A stretch of 63,917 bases of DNA, from positions 54,910-118,826 of the forward strand of contig NMRA01000224.1 of NCBI GenBank assembly GCA_002633005.1, given 5' to 3'. Positions 24,291 through 39,200 of the stretch are shown piece after piece. This DNA comes from Phoronis australis. Taxonomy: Eukaryota > Animalia > Phoronida. The notes beneath the pieces were generated by a model. It was not told the origin of the DNA and searched no databases. It saw only the letters and a list, made by a program, of their open reading frames with translations. Positions within the stretch are counted from its first letter, which is position 1; each line of letters starts with the position of its first letter. The position numbers and the translations under genes were made by a program.

Positions 24291-27200
24291 ATGACGTCTT
24301 TAAAAGAATTGTGTAGCGGTCTTCCAACAGACCCGTTACCTCCTCGACGATCTAGAGATAGTAATTTACCGCATGCTCCCGACAAAAGCTGTGATTTGAC
24401 ACCAGAGGAACGCAGGGTAAGTTTAACACATTCGGGTAGAACTAGTAAAGGACTGTGTATAGCTGGGCATTCATGGCATTGGCGCGCTGTTCGACACTTG
24501 AAAGTCGGTTGTTGGTGTTAGGCTTATTGCTGCTTAGAAAAGCTTGCATACTTTATCAAGGGGACTCCCTTGTTGTTTGGGGCAAGGCAGATTAACTCTT
24601 TCCAGTTAGGACAGCGAGGGTCCTCAAACTTAGCGCGCCTGTTGTTTTCTTTTTAGCATGTTTCATAATTCCTGGGTTACGTAATTTTCGAGGTACTTAG
24701 GTAAAGCATAGGCCCTACTTCTGTATCATAGTGGATAGTCGTTTAAAAACTACGTGCATTTACTGCCCAAGTATTGCTAACTATTTGGGAATTGCTGTTC
24801 CAGTGTTTTGAGACTGACCTGCGACATCAATCAGATTTATGTCTACACAACACTGTAAATGCATGAAGTAATTAAAAAAAGTTACATAACAATTATGATT
24901 CTAGGAAACTACAACAGCATTTTTGAGATTCCATCTTGAATATTGAACTTTTGTTTTTCTAAGAATATATCTTTTCCAGTGGCGGATCTAGGATATCATA
25001 AGGGGGGCCCAACATTTTGTCTCGGGCAATTGCGCAAAGCACAATTGCATGCGCGCACCCAGTCTGAAAGGTAGGGGGGCTCGAATAAATGGACCTTCTT
25101 CTAAAAAGCAAACGGAAAACTAAAAAAAAACGGGAAAAGGATTGCACAGGTCGTCTGATTCGGGCACTTGGGTCTGAGCCCCTCTCAGTGGCATATTAAT
25201 TACCGAGGTTAATTAATGAATTCAATATTTCATCAAGCTCTTGCTGATTTATTTTTTTTGCTGCTATGTTTTCTTGATAACTTGAACTAAAAAGCCATGA
25301 TGGTCATATGGCCTAAATATCGAAAGATTGGTATGACATTGAACATAATTCTACTTTCAGAAAATATATTACTTTTACGGAATTAATTTAGAATAGTTTT
25401 GTAGACGCTTGAAGACTACATAACCTTAAATCAAGACTGAGATTGTTTATGGAGGTCTAAGTCTGAAACTTTAAACTGAGTTTAAATACTAGTATATTCA
25501 TCCAAAATCCGAACGCTTTTGATCCAGGGACTGTTTTCAACATTCTTTTGCTTGGAGCTTTCATAATTTAGTCTGACAAATGTCTGCAAAATCAAAACAA
25601 ATACAAGACTTGGAATTGAAATTCTTTTGTTGCATTGGCGAATCTAGAGCATTATAATGAAGAGGGGGACCAACCACTATTTGCCCAATAGTCCCATGCA
25701 AGCTCACCTCCTAAGGCTGATTGGCACACGTGACCTGTGCATGACTTACAAATGGCCCTTCCGATTTTTGTCAGGTTTGAAAGACTTGTAGTATATATGG
25801 TTAATTTTTGAATGTTTTCTGTCTAGTTCGAGCTCTCTCAAAACTCGTGTCCTATTCATTTCAGCTGGCTTTACAGAATGCGTTACGCTACATTCCCCCC
25901 CAGCTCCATGCTACACTGGCACCAGAATTTGCTGATGAACTTCGGCGTTACGGACACATCTACATGTATAGATTTCTGCCACAAATTGAAATGAGGTGAG
26001 TTGGCAGAAGCAAAGTGACGCTGTTTTGTGTCCTACAGCTTACAGGTGACACAGAACTCTAATTGGTATTGCGAGAGCACAAAGGGATTTACATTTCTTA
26101 CAATCTCAAGTTCAGGTTGACAATTAGACTGGCTAAATTGATCATTTGTTTTCACATTTGTGCGTGTCACTTGAGCATCCCACTGCACAACATCGATAAA
26201 TTGACAACATAGCTTGCAAGCATGTTGAAATAAAAACACTATAGTGTCCGCGTAGGTGATCATGTCCACCATACGCTGCCTTAATCTTACAACACACCTT
26301 AAGATATCACCATACAGTGGAAATTGACTACTCATGGTAAATGTAGTCTATGTAACATTGACCTACCTTCAAAACTACCTGTGTGGCCAGTGCATTTTTG
26401 ACTGTTCCTGTTACTATTATTCAGTGACGTCGCGATTGTAGGACATACCCTATAGACGAGTACCCATGTGTGTCATGCCAGATACCTTTACCCATATGTA
26501 GGCCAGTATCACTGTGATATCATGATTGCAGGGCCTACCCTATCGACAAGTACCCATGTGTATCACGCCAGGTACCTTTACCCCTGTGTAGGCCAGTATC
26601 ACTGTGATATCATGATTGCAGGGCCTACCCTATCGACGAGTACCCATGTGTGTCACGCCAGGCAGCAGCCATTATGCACATGATAATGAACAACCTTGAC
26701 CCTTGTGTTGCCCAGTTCCCTCAAGAACTCGTCACCTATGGCGGTAATGGACAGGTGTTCTCTAACTGGGCCCAGGTAAATGTTGAGGACTACTAAGTCC
26801 AGCTTCAGTGATGTTGTATCCAGTATCCACTAATTGCAAGCTTATAGGGTGTTATTTTCAATGGCTGGCATTTTTGAGTCGTGAAAGATAGGGTAAAATT
26901 TCACCAATTTTGGACAAAAATAATTGTATTGCACTTTTCAATGGTTTGAACATTGTCGTGGATGCTCACCATTTTTCAAAATATTGTGTTTCAGTAGCTA
27001 TAGTACAGAACTTGAATATAGCAAAGCATCGTTTTGATAGTGTATGTCATTCATCAAAAAATGAGACTAGCCTTTATGTCGTGTTGTGTCCTAAATTGTG
27101 AGATTTTAGGGTATGCAAATGATAGTTCCAGATCACAGACCCATCTACGAGATTTCAAAACGTAGACTTTTGGAAGTGTTGGAAATTTAGATCTGTTGAA

Positions 27201-30200
27201 GAAGTTGTTGTTTAGCAGTTAGCGAAAGTAGACGGTGTGGCATCCTGACTACTATTTATGTTTCGAGTGTCTTAAATCATGAAACAGAACTTCATCATAA
27301 GGCAGTGTTTGCACGGGAAGTGCTGAACTTGAAATTTGCTGTATGGTGTTAGTGAAACAAGTACTCTAGCTGTATAAGTACTTGCATGTACTCAGAACTA
27401 TTCGAATATTGAGCTATTGCGTGTCACACTTCGAATAAACTTACCAATTTGAGCTCAAATCTTGCAGTGTGATTAGTTAAAATTTAGCAGTCCTTGAGTC
27501 AAATCTGGGTTGGTAGGTTGGATCCTGGATGTAGGTAATCATAATGACTTTAACATATCAATGTCTTCATGCTGGTGAACATCTCGGTTTTCGCTGTCTA
27601 CTGAGAAATAACAAAAGGTGGAGATGTTCTTCATTAGCACCACCTAGCAAATTTTGTGTCGCCTTTACTTAATGACTTTATCTGCTTGTAAATAGATTTA
27701 GTTACCTGTCTTCATTAGTGCCACCTGTTGTGAATTTTGAGTACTCCCTTGTTTACTCATGTCACTTGTTCCAGTTCTGGCTTGTCATGCACTATTTGTC
27801 CACAATGAGTGAGGAACAGACACTGGTCATGTGCTCAGGACATCCGCAAGGACTCTTCCCCAGTGTACCATCCTCTCCTAGGCTGGTCATTACAAATGGA
27901 ATGGTATGCAATCAAGAAACTGTTAACGATATTTTTCAAAATTAAAACTGGACAACGTCAAACTTAACATAGTTACAGAGTGCGAAAATACTACCAAACA
28001 GTCATTTCCTTTTGATAATGCTGGATAAATTTCGAGATAATTTTTAGTACTGATGCGAATGGTTACTTTCTAAAATTCTGTCCATTTTTCGACTCTTGAC
28101 TTAAAAATTAAATCCCAAACAGTATTATAATACCTTATTAATTTGCAATAAAGATGGACAACAGTGTTATTTTTTCACAACAGAAGTTCCATATTATTAC
28201 TAAACAACCCTGGCATAAATTATGTCAATGTTTGGCAGAGTTTGACATTAGTGCCGAAATTTGACCGATTTTTTTTGAATACTGGACTGTAAGCTTGTTT
28301 AGTATAGTCATCTACATCGCAGTAATTTAAATGAAAATATCCATTTTGGCACAGAAATCTTTTTCGATCAATACGGTGAATTTACAGTGATGTCCTAAGT
28401 TTCTGTGTTTGTATCAGTAGTGCATCCATAGCAGACTTCAGTGAATGCTCTCTGGGTAGATTCGACACAAACGTGTTAGATTTCTTGTAATATGCAGATG
28501 ACGCATGGTTGTGACTCCATTAATATAAAATAATTGCATGCGGTCTGATACACGTACCAGACGTGCGCAGGTCTCGCCTGTGGGCCCATTGCACTGATCA
28601 CCTGGAACTATTTATGCTTTATTAATGTATGGTTAAAACCGAGCTGAGGAGCTAGAAACCTGGCTGAAGGGTTTAGCAGTGTGACCTGGTGGGACTCGAA
28701 CCCACGACCTCGAGTAAAGAAAGCGGGCACTTATCAACCAGGCCACACTGCCTCCTGTGTGTGACTCCATTAGGAGCTGAAGTGAATATCTACAAGGTTT
28801 TCCACTAGTTGTCCCTTGAGAAGTAGATTGGTGATGATGGAATTGCTGTTTTTGATAGAAAGGCTTCATCTGAGTTGATGTAAAATTTAACCAATCACAC
28901 ACTGGTCTATTGTATATTTGTAGTGTTGGTAATTGTAACTTCGTTGTCAAGAAATAAAGTCTGGATTCTGCGACAGTGTTGCACTATTCTCTCACAAGCC
29001 TCAAACCACTTCTCTGGTTGGCCTGTATGAGTAAACAAATTTTGAAATGTGTTGTTATGATTGATGAGTACATCTATGCTGAATGTTTTTTTTTTTGTTT
29101 CGTTTGACATTTTAATGGTTTTTGTACTTATTTTTTCTGTTTTCTTTCTCAAATGAACAGTTTTTGGTTACATGTTGTCTGTTTGCTGAGTATTCTTTCG
29201 TTTGCTGAGTATTATTTCTGTTGTTTTCTTGTACTTCAGGTTGTTCCCAATTACTCCAGCCGCCAGTTATATGACAAGTTCTTCGCTCTTGGAGTCTCCA
29301 TGTACGTAGTGCCATTGCATTCAATGTATTTATTGCTGCAACAAAGTCACGATTTCACTGCACCTACAAAACTTTTCCTGTTTGTTTTACAGTGCAACAA
29401 CGTAAGGATTTCATCGGAACAACCAAACTTTCCGTGTTGGTTTTCGGTTGTTCAACTTTTCAAGTGGTAACAGTACTTCACTTATGTTGAACTATTTGAG
29501 AACATGTTCATGTTTTTACTCCTGTGTAAGACTGTTTGTGTGTTTGACTTCAGTTGCATAAGCGCAAGTTTTCTTACCTCGCTTGTTCACCTGTAGGTAT
29601 GGCCAGATGACAGCTGGTAGTTACTGCTACATCGGTCCTCAGGGCATTGTGCATGGGACGGTGGTAAGTTGGCCTGGCTCTGCTCAGTCACCATGGTGAT
29701 ATTGACGTGGTTTTTGAAGGTCAGCTTCATGATTGAGACATTCATTTTTGTCAATTCTTTGTTCTTTTTTTCTTCTCTTTTGTCTTCAAATGAGCATTGC
29801 TGCAGTGAATAGCACCCAGTCTTTGTTTTTTTTGCATATGAAGAAGATCTTGTTTTAATAGATGATGGAATGATGGGTATTTTGTAGTTAAGTCTACTTG
29901 AAATGTTTTTGTTCTAAATGGCATACTATGTGTGAATCAGATAAATGACCTATGATTGCTTCTACTGATCACATGTGGAGCAATTTTGTAGCAAAAATAA
30001 AGTTATTGGGTTTAACACAATAATGGCAGGCTTTGCCTTAATGGAAATGGAAAATAGGAATTGTGAAATAATCAACTGAAAATATTGAAGTATAAACAAA
30101 CATTTGAGTACCACAAGAAATCATGCTTCAGTTATTGAATTCAATTTTCATAATGGCTTTTAATGATTTTTCCAAGATCATGTGTAAGTTTGCTCACGAG

Positions 30201-33200
30201 AATTAATGATTTTTCCAAGATCTTGTGTGAGTTTGCTCACGAGAATTATGTTTTTACATAGCTTACTGTACTGAATGCTGGACGGAAGTATCTGGGTAGT
30301 AGTGAGCTGGCTGGCAAGGTGTTTGTTACCTCAGGACTTGGTGGTATGAGTGGGGCTCAGGCCAAGGCAGCCGTCATCTGTGGTTGTGTTGGTGTTATAG
30401 CTGAGGTGAGTTCATTGTACAGTGGGGGGGTATGAGTGGGGCTCAGGCCAAGGCAGTCGTCATCTGTGGTTGTGTTGGTGTTATAGCTGAGGTGAGTCTA
30501 TTGTACTGTGAGGGGTAGTATGAGTGGGGCTCAGGCCAAGGCAGCTGTCATCTGTGGTTGTGTTGGTGTTATAGGTGAGGTGAGTCCATTGTACGGTGGG
30601 GGGTGGTATGAGTGGGGCTCAGGCCAAGGCAGTCGTCATCCGAGGTTGTGTTGGAGTTAAAGCTGAGGTGAGTTTATTGCACTACAACAGGGGCTTAGGC
30701 CGACAGTCATTTGTGGTTGTGTCGGTACTATACCTGAAGTTAGTCCATTGTTCTGCATAAGGGGAGTTGGTATGCGTTAGAAAGCACCTTGAGTTGTCGA
30801 TTTTCACCTTTGTGTTTAATTTGTTGGTAGGTGAGCGGTGAAGCTCTACAGAAAAGATATAAACAAGGATGGCTGCAGGAAACAACTGACAATTTGGATA
30901 CATGTATTGCCAGGATACGAAAGGCGAGGCGGGACAAACTTGCTACCAGCATTGGTTACCATGGAAATATTGTGGACCTGTGGTGAGATTACAATAATTT
31001 TCGAAAAACATTTTCAGCTCACTCTCTAACCATTTTGTCGGACTTATTTTATGCCTGGTTTCCGGCCTAGGTATTTGACACGTTTTCCATAAAACCAAAT
31101 GAATTTTACCAAAATTCAGTCACTTTTGAAGGTTACTACGCAGTTGCTGAGAAGTATATAACAGTTCTAGTGAGTGCAGCTGATACTGTAAGGATAGTTT
31201 GGTCGTGTATGCAAGGACTTAATTAATTATAAGAATATTTTTTGAATATGTCAATCTCAATATGGCGTCTGCACGGTTGGCAGAAGGTCCTGGGTTCAAG
31301 TCCCGGTCGAGGCAGAAATCTTTTCGGACTTATATTCATTATGTCACGGGATGTGACCAACAGATGGTGTGCAGACACGTTTTATTGTTTGCATGAATAT
31401 TTTTATGCCAATTATTAATTATTTCAAATCTATGGAAGCACCTAAAGGAGTAGTAAAGCTGTGCCCTCTGTCAAAAAGCACCTTTTTATGTTCACCTTAC
31501 TCCTTACTCTGATTGGACGTTGTTTTTAGACTTGAGAAGAACTGACAGGTGGTTATAGCCTCATACCACGCCCATGGCTGGTTAGTTTTAGTTGCTAATG
31601 CAGTATTGCTGTTAGGGTATTTCGAGAAAATTCATTGTAACCAATTCCAATGATTCAGATACAGGATAAGAATTTAATGGCACGTTGCTTTGGTAGAGCG
31701 AGAATGCCTCTGAAGAAAGTTGGTATCTGAACTTTGGAACATTGCTGATAGCTGCTCTAACGTTTGTATTTTCATGAGGCGATGTCAACTTTACAACTCA
31801 CATATTCCAGGGTCTCTAAAGCTTCCCAATTATTCACAGTACAAATCACATGGTTCATCTCAGTTGTTGAGTTTATGGAAGTTATCTCCCTTCACGAGAA
31901 CTGTTTTATTTCAGGGAACGTTTGGTGTATGAATATGATAGTACCGGCGACCTCTTAGTGGACCTTGGCTCTGACCAGACATCATGTCACAATCCCTTTC
32001 AGGGAGGCTACTATCCTGTTCAGGTATTTGCTGTTAACACAGCAGAGTTTCTGCATCACAGGATGGGTGTAGTTTAATGGAGATAGCTAAGATATTTGTT
32101 ACAAAAACATTAACCGTGTCCTGTGCCACTTCACCTGACTTCAGCTAAGTTTTCAAGAGTTGATGAAGTGTTTATGGTTGAGGATTACAGGAATTAAACT
32201 CAGAAGTTCAGTGAACAGACTTGTATTACAGAATGGCCATCTTGACTAACTTCATGTAGAGCTAGCATTACTAGTGCCAAAAACATGCAGAGCTATGCAT
32301 ATACATGAAAGATAGTTTAATAACCAAAACACTATGCAGTTGAGATGTGTTCTTCAGATATCATTTTGTTATAAAATCCTCAGACCAGACAGTTCTGGGT
32401 TACGCGATGTTTGGTGTTGGTCTTCCTGTACTCTTGACCGCAACAGGTTCATGTTTTGTACGAGTTCCACTAGCGGTCTGCATTAGCCAAGGGCACTAGG
32501 ATTTGACAGATGTACCTCTGTTGTGTTTCTTCTCCAAACTTTTTAGCGGAGTATTTCTGCTGTGTTGTGGGAACTACAGAATGATATGGAATTATTTCAG
32601 TTTTTGTTTTTTTTGGTGAAATTATTACTTTTGTCTTGCAGCTCTCATATGATGAGGCCCGTGCAGAAATGCATGATAACCCTGTCCGTTTCAAAAATTT
32701 GGTCCAGGAAAGGTACGTGTTACAATGAATGTGACTGCATTTCATTTTCTTTTCTGTTTTTCTGTATGTCTGTATGTCTGACTGCCGAGTGTGTTTCCAA
32801 ACCTGTCTGACTGTTACTTGCCTTGGTGCCCTGTTTCTGTTGTTGTGTGTTGTAAAAATTAATGCTTTGCTGTGTTGTACTATGAGGATGTCTGCCAGGT
32901 TGATCTTCTTGGAAAGTTTGGGGTCAAAAGTCAAGTTAGTGTTCTTGATTTGAATCTTGTGTGAGTCTTGTGGCAATAGTCAGATACAACGTGCCCGCAT
33001 TTTGAGGAACAGTTTGCAAAACTTAATCAAAAACTGGCATCGAAACTGGCTCTCAAAATGTGGGTATGTTACATCCGACTATTGCCCGTTTTGTCACCAC
33101 TTGTACGTTGTAACTTTAATGTCAGGAGTTCAGATAAGTTGAATTTTAATTATTTGTTAAATTTTCCTGTAGTGTTCTGTGAAAAAGTAAAATTATTTCA

Positions 33201-36200
33201 GAAAACTTACCATTTGAAAGAAATTTGTTTTGTCGAAAGTGCTGATTTCTTAGCTATTTTTGTAATGTTTGTTTGCTACTTGTTTGATGTTTTTACAGCT
33301 TATGCCGACATGTTGCTGCTATCAACAAATTGTCTAAGAGAGGGATGCATTTTTGGGATTATGGTAACGCCTTTTTGCTGGAGGCAGCCAGGGCAGGTGC
33401 GTCTTTGTTTTTGATAGTCAAGATTGAGATAATGGGCTCAACAACTGCCTACCTTTTCAAGTAGAAGATTGTCAAATCTGGTGGCATTCTGTAACTAAGT
33501 CTTCGAACAGGAATGATTTTACTGGGGCTGTCTGCATGTACAAAATGGAGAGTGGTGCGAAATTTTGATCGAGTTATCAACAGCAACTTGACCTATGAGC
33601 TTTGATTAAATGGCTGCCCAGGACCATAACATAGCAGTCTATTATTTTCTTATTTTTTGGGTGTGTAAGGTTAAGCCAAATTTGGTTCTGGTCTCTGGTT
33701 TTTGAAAATCGAGTCTTTGGAGTGTTTTGTATTTGTTCACTTTTTTCTAAAAAGAAAGTCCACCCTAGATGAACAAAAATTATGCGGGATTTGTTTTTTC
33801 TACTCATTGCTTGGCTAATCATGGCATTTCAAACTTTTCTCACCTTGGTTCACGGGCTTTTGTGCAGCATTTTAATGAAGAACACAAAACTTTGACTGAA
33901 ATTGATGCGGACAAACTTTTTTTAGTCAATGAACGTAGGTCTCGAGATCAGTCTGGCCGCGTGGTAGAGACGAAAAACAACTTAGCATTTTGGTCTTACG
34001 TGGGCTTGTTCTCTCAGTTGGCTCGTAATAATTGACCCTGTATTTAATTACTCCACCATTTGTAATACATCACTTGTGACAGTGTTCCTCTGTATTAACC
34101 TTGACTAACCTTGACCAAGTCGGCCATGTTGATACAGGTGCTGACGTCGGTCAGGAGGAGAGTGGACTGTGTACCAAGTTCCGTTATCCAAGCTACGTTC
34201 AGCATATCATGGGCGACATATTTTCACTGGGCTTTGGTCCATTCCGATGGGTTTGCACTTCCCGGGATCCTACTGACTTGGACAAAACGGATCAAATAGC
34301 TACTGACGTCTTTGAAGATATTGTCAACCAAGGAGGTTTGTGAAAACAAAATTATTTAGAATTTATTGAGTGAGCAACTTTTCTCTGTTGCACAAATCTC
34401 ATAAATGCCCAATAGTGGTTTACATTAATTGTATTATCTCTTCAATTGCAATTGACCTATCGCAAGCTCTGCCCCTATGCGAAAAGTCACGTGATACCCG
34501 ACATTCGAACGAGATGTCAGAGGCAAATACACTGTCGCTAAACGACGTTCCTGGTGGAATCGATGAGTGTTTTTGCACTATTTGAAAACGCGTCGACAGA
34601 GACAAGAGGCGATGCTTTTCAACAGTGAATCGTACGTTCATGATATGGCAATTTGTAAAGGTGACGATGAAAAAATAAGTGCTCGAGGAGCCAGTGAAAA
34701 TCCGAAGAACCCCTCGGCCTCGGGGCGACCTTCACCTGACAAATGACAAGGCCACTGATACAATATGTTCATGTAAAGCTGGGTATGTACCTTAAAGTCG
34801 AATTATCTGTACGATTCCATAGATTTTATGAATAAAATCAGTGAAGATTCACCGATATTTTATTCTGTCGTCTGCTAAATTTCGCCAAATGAAAAGTAGG
34901 TCACAACTGGTGGGACTCCTGAAATAAAGTAGGTCATAGATTACAGACAACACATGCACTATAGTCTCTGACTAGATCGACTCGATAGCTTTTCTAATCT
35001 TGTAACGAAATATTTTGATAAAAAAATTCAGGTTCATAGCTCAGGTACACACTCATCTAGTCCTGGGCAAACAGTTAGCTCCGGTAGGTCTAGGGCTGTG
35101 TCTAAGTAAAATTAATGTCTGGAATTCAGTGGCGGATCTAGGATACCACAGGGGGGCCCAACATATGTTGCCTCGTGGAATTGGGCAAAGTGCGATTGTA
35201 TGTGCACAGGCTGACCGAAAGTTGCAGGGGCCAGGAATGTAGACCGTTGGACCTTCTGTTCAGAAAATCTATCGGTGGACTAAAAAAAACAGGAACACGA
35301 TTCCGCTGCGATCTGNCCCCCCCCCTAAATCCGCCTATGGTCCGTTTGCACCATTAAGACATTTAAATTAGGCCTACCTTCTTATGAACTTGGCATTTTT
35401 TTGTAGTTTCATTCCATAAAGGTAGCTTTCATTTAATTTTGAAGGTAGCATGATCACTAAGTCGTGGTATGGTTACAAGAGATTACAAGTCTGGTGTGGT
35501 AGTTGCAAAAATAGGGTATTTACAAAAATAACTCAAATTCTTTTTTAAAGCTTCATAAATCTAAATATCATGTTTGAACAACATGAGCTCTCTCTAACTC
35601 TACAGACATAGTGTATACTAGAGGTACACGTCAAAAAGTAATTCAACAGTTTATTTTTAGTGACAACAGCTCGACCAAGGCTTTGAATTCCGGCAGTAAT
35701 CCCGCGTGCCCTTGCCTGTGCCGATCGAATCTCTGAATCTTGACCGGGAGAGAAGTTCAGTTGAACACCAGCTTACGGTTTATGAATAACAAAAATGTAC
35801 CTCTGATACGAAACAAAATAATGTCCATTAGGTTGAAATAAATAAAAAAACGTGAAATAAAAATGTCCTTGAAAACAACAATTTCTGGGGACTGCCGCTA
35901 GAGTGCTGAGATACAGCAGGTGCCGCCGAGTCAAAGGCGGCCAGACGTAGCCAACTCGGGAGTCAAAATCTGAGATAGCCCTGCACTACAGCCACCAAGC
36001 TGAAAAGTGCGTATCTTGGAACTAATATATTTGTGTTTATTATAGCCTTCGAGTTATCAAGCAACATCGCTAAGTTCAGCTGTTCGTGTGTGGCCGTACA
36101 GTTTGATCCATAATTTACGCTTTTCAATATCATTTTTCGGCTTAGGACATGCCAAAAATGACGGGATATTATTCTGGAGCAGCATAACGGCTGTCGGTGC

Positions 36201-39200
36201 TACACACGTCATATCAACACTGTTTCCCCATTCTTAGCGGACAATTTCTTGAGCTATAGACTAAAGTAAGTTTTACTCGACTGCGTGTGTTTTGTCGGGT
36301 AAAATGGCGGCTTGGAAATGCAGACGAAGGTGTGCCAAGAATGCTGCGTTCTGATTGGTCAATTAAGCCGTCCGTCATAATCTTGACGATAGGTCAATTG
36401 CCCCTGATTAAAGTGACTAACCTGTTTGCTATGACCAGGTGCACACCTTATGAAGCATATATATATGAAGTGTATAAATAGCCAGATATTTTCAACTGAC
36501 CTTGGAATTCAGCGATAATAAACCCATGTTCTATCCAAGAATTGATCTTTTGATTTAGACCCCTTATAGTATTAAAGTATGTCTCAACATGTTCCTTACT
36601 CTGATGTGGGAAGCTATTTCCTGGTTTGCAAAGAACTGGCAGTTCAGTTTGCTTTGAGCCTATACTCGAACGCATTATTAAGTGACACGCCGTGACTAGC
36701 CAACCTGTAGAGTCTGATCACAAACAATAGTGAGCTGATAAATCTTTCAAAGCCCTGAAATCACCTCCAAGTTGATTAAGGAACAGTTTAAGAACAATTT
36801 GTTCACCAAAAGTTGTTTTTTGTGATATAGTGTTTATAGCCACCAATAAAATGCCTATGATGTCCTAATGATCATGTTGTTGGTGCCTCCAAATGTTTAT
36901 GATGTCCAGATTGGTGTCTGTTTGTAGTACCTGACAAAGTGGCTGAACAGTACATGGACAACATTCGCTGGATCAGGGAGGCAGGAGTACATCACATGGT
37001 GGTTGGGTCACAGGCCAGGATTCTATACTCAGACCAGAATGGTCGCGTGGCTCTTGCTTTGGCTTTCAATAAGGCAGTGGCTGATGGAACGCTCAAGGTA
37101 TGCTTCACAGTAAAGGGCGTCTAACCATCCAGTTGTAGGCACGGGCATCGAATCTTCTTCAAAGGTCACCGAATCATTCATGCAATCCCTATTCTTTGAT
37201 ACTGACAACAAGTAGTTCGACGTTTGTATGAATGACACTGAAGTTTGTTTAAAGGAGTTTTCATGTCACATGACTGTGTCATGTTGGGGTTCATTGCTGT
37301 GGATCACGATCCGGTTGTTTATGCATGATGTGATGCTGGGGTGAATAATTGTCTCAGGGTTCTATTTCACGAAAGTGACTTATGACTTCAAGACAGAAAT
37401 TTGTTCTCAAGCTTCCACTTCACAATTGTTGAATAAACAAGGCTTGGAATTTTCCGCGGATTTCTGCTTTTTTCAAATGTTCTGTCCGCACATTTTATTA
37501 TATTTCCGCGTAAAAAAAATTGGATTTGATGTAAAATTTCTGCGGCAAATTCCTTTCTTACCGCGGCATTTCAGACGACGTTCACCTCAAAAAGCGGAAG
37601 TTGCTCTTTATGTTTCGGAAGAACGTAAATTGTCAACATTGCCGGGGCATCTGGGATAGCGTGGTGGGATTTTCAATGGCGCCTCGTGTAATTGTAAACC
37701 GCGGTGACAAAAACTACGGCTCTGCAGCCAAAAATGTGTGGGTTGGGAGTGGACGGACGAGCTAACGAGCTAAAAGGATGCAGACACATGGTACTGGTGG
37801 TGGTAACGTCTTTTTTTTAGTCCTCCCGATTTTTGTCGGTGTAAGGTTCGCATCGACCATTTCAAGGCTGGGTAGCGGGCATGTTTTGGGCCGTAAAAGT
37901 TAAAAGTTTCCGCCTTTTTTTGTCATTGGTCATTCCAAGCCCTGAATAAAGGTTTAGCCGAGAAACTATGAGTGCATCACTTGTTTAGAAATGTTTTATA
38001 AGAATTTTCTCAGTAACTAGCTGCCAAGTTGTTGTTCTTAGAGACTTTGCATCTTTGCTCAAGTGATAGTTGTGGAGAGCGTAAGACTTAATTTCTGACT
38101 TGGCCTTTAGTCACTTTTCATGAAACCGGCCCCTGGGGTCATTTGCAACAGTTAAAAGGATTCAAAAGTTGGTTTTGTCCTGTTAGTGGGTATTTACAGT
38201 TACTCTCCCATCAAGTGGTTCTCTAGTATAAAATAACGTTCTGTACCCCTTGTCAACCCCCTAAAGTTTGGAGCAAGTTTGAAATCTCCTTTCAATGTCT
38301 GCTAAACCTAGCAAGTGTGACTAACGCTTTAGGCAAGTTACACGACAACTGTGGGGATGGGCTGCACCGAAAACCAGAGGACCCATCTTATGACACATTG
38401 TGTAAGTGCTTCAGTTGAATCCTGCTTTTAACACTCAGGTGAAACACCTATGGAGCATAAATAGGGGAGAGAACGAGAATTGGTTGAAATCAACAATATG
38501 TAGGGTTTAGTATCCTTTTAAGTAATGCCATTCCCTCTACTCACTTCAGTCATTGCCAAGTATTATTGAAGCGAGTGTTCCTGCGGTTGACTTTGATGAG
38601 ACAAAGTGAAGTAAAATAAACTGTGCTCAATGTTTGACTTTTCTTAATAATTAGTCAGTGTAATTAAAGGAATTGTAATCTGAAATTGAATTGAATTTGA
38701 ATTGAAATGCATTATATTGTAGATCCCAAAGTGTCAGTCATTTTTATTAGCAAAATTAGCTCAATATTTAAAAAATATACCAAAAATTTACAACAGAGAC
38801 TTAGGAATATTTTCCCTCAGACTATTCCTTGCTGGCTTTTGCTGCTTTAGTTTGTTGCTGAAATATCACTTTATCTGTGTTTTGTACTACACCTAGGGTC
38901 CAGTTGTCATCAGTAGAGACCATCATGATGTGAGTGGAACTGATAGTCCGTACAGAGAGACGTCGAACATTTATGACGGCTCGGCATTCTGTGCAGGTCA
39001 GTACTTATTTGTTAGGGGTGAAACTTAAAAGGATGGGGGCAACACCCTCCCAGTTACAGCTGAATTGTACAATAAATAATTAATTTGTTTAGCAAAATTG
39101 TAGAGCAAATGGTGTGATGGTCAGAATAAAAAGCTGAAATTTTTGATGATGAGAAGTTTGTTTTAGAAAGGGTGGAGTGGACAAATTGAGACTAAGGAAG

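Noticed and set aside
28680-28760. tRNA gene (also 31268-31325)
   Set aside because: No proper acceptor or anticodon stems; TSD-flanked SINE head or isolated B box
37375-37659. Recurring '[14 protein letters not shown]' ORF (also at 40719 and 54501) as a gene family
   Set aside because: Non-coding MITE copies with inconsistent starts and stops
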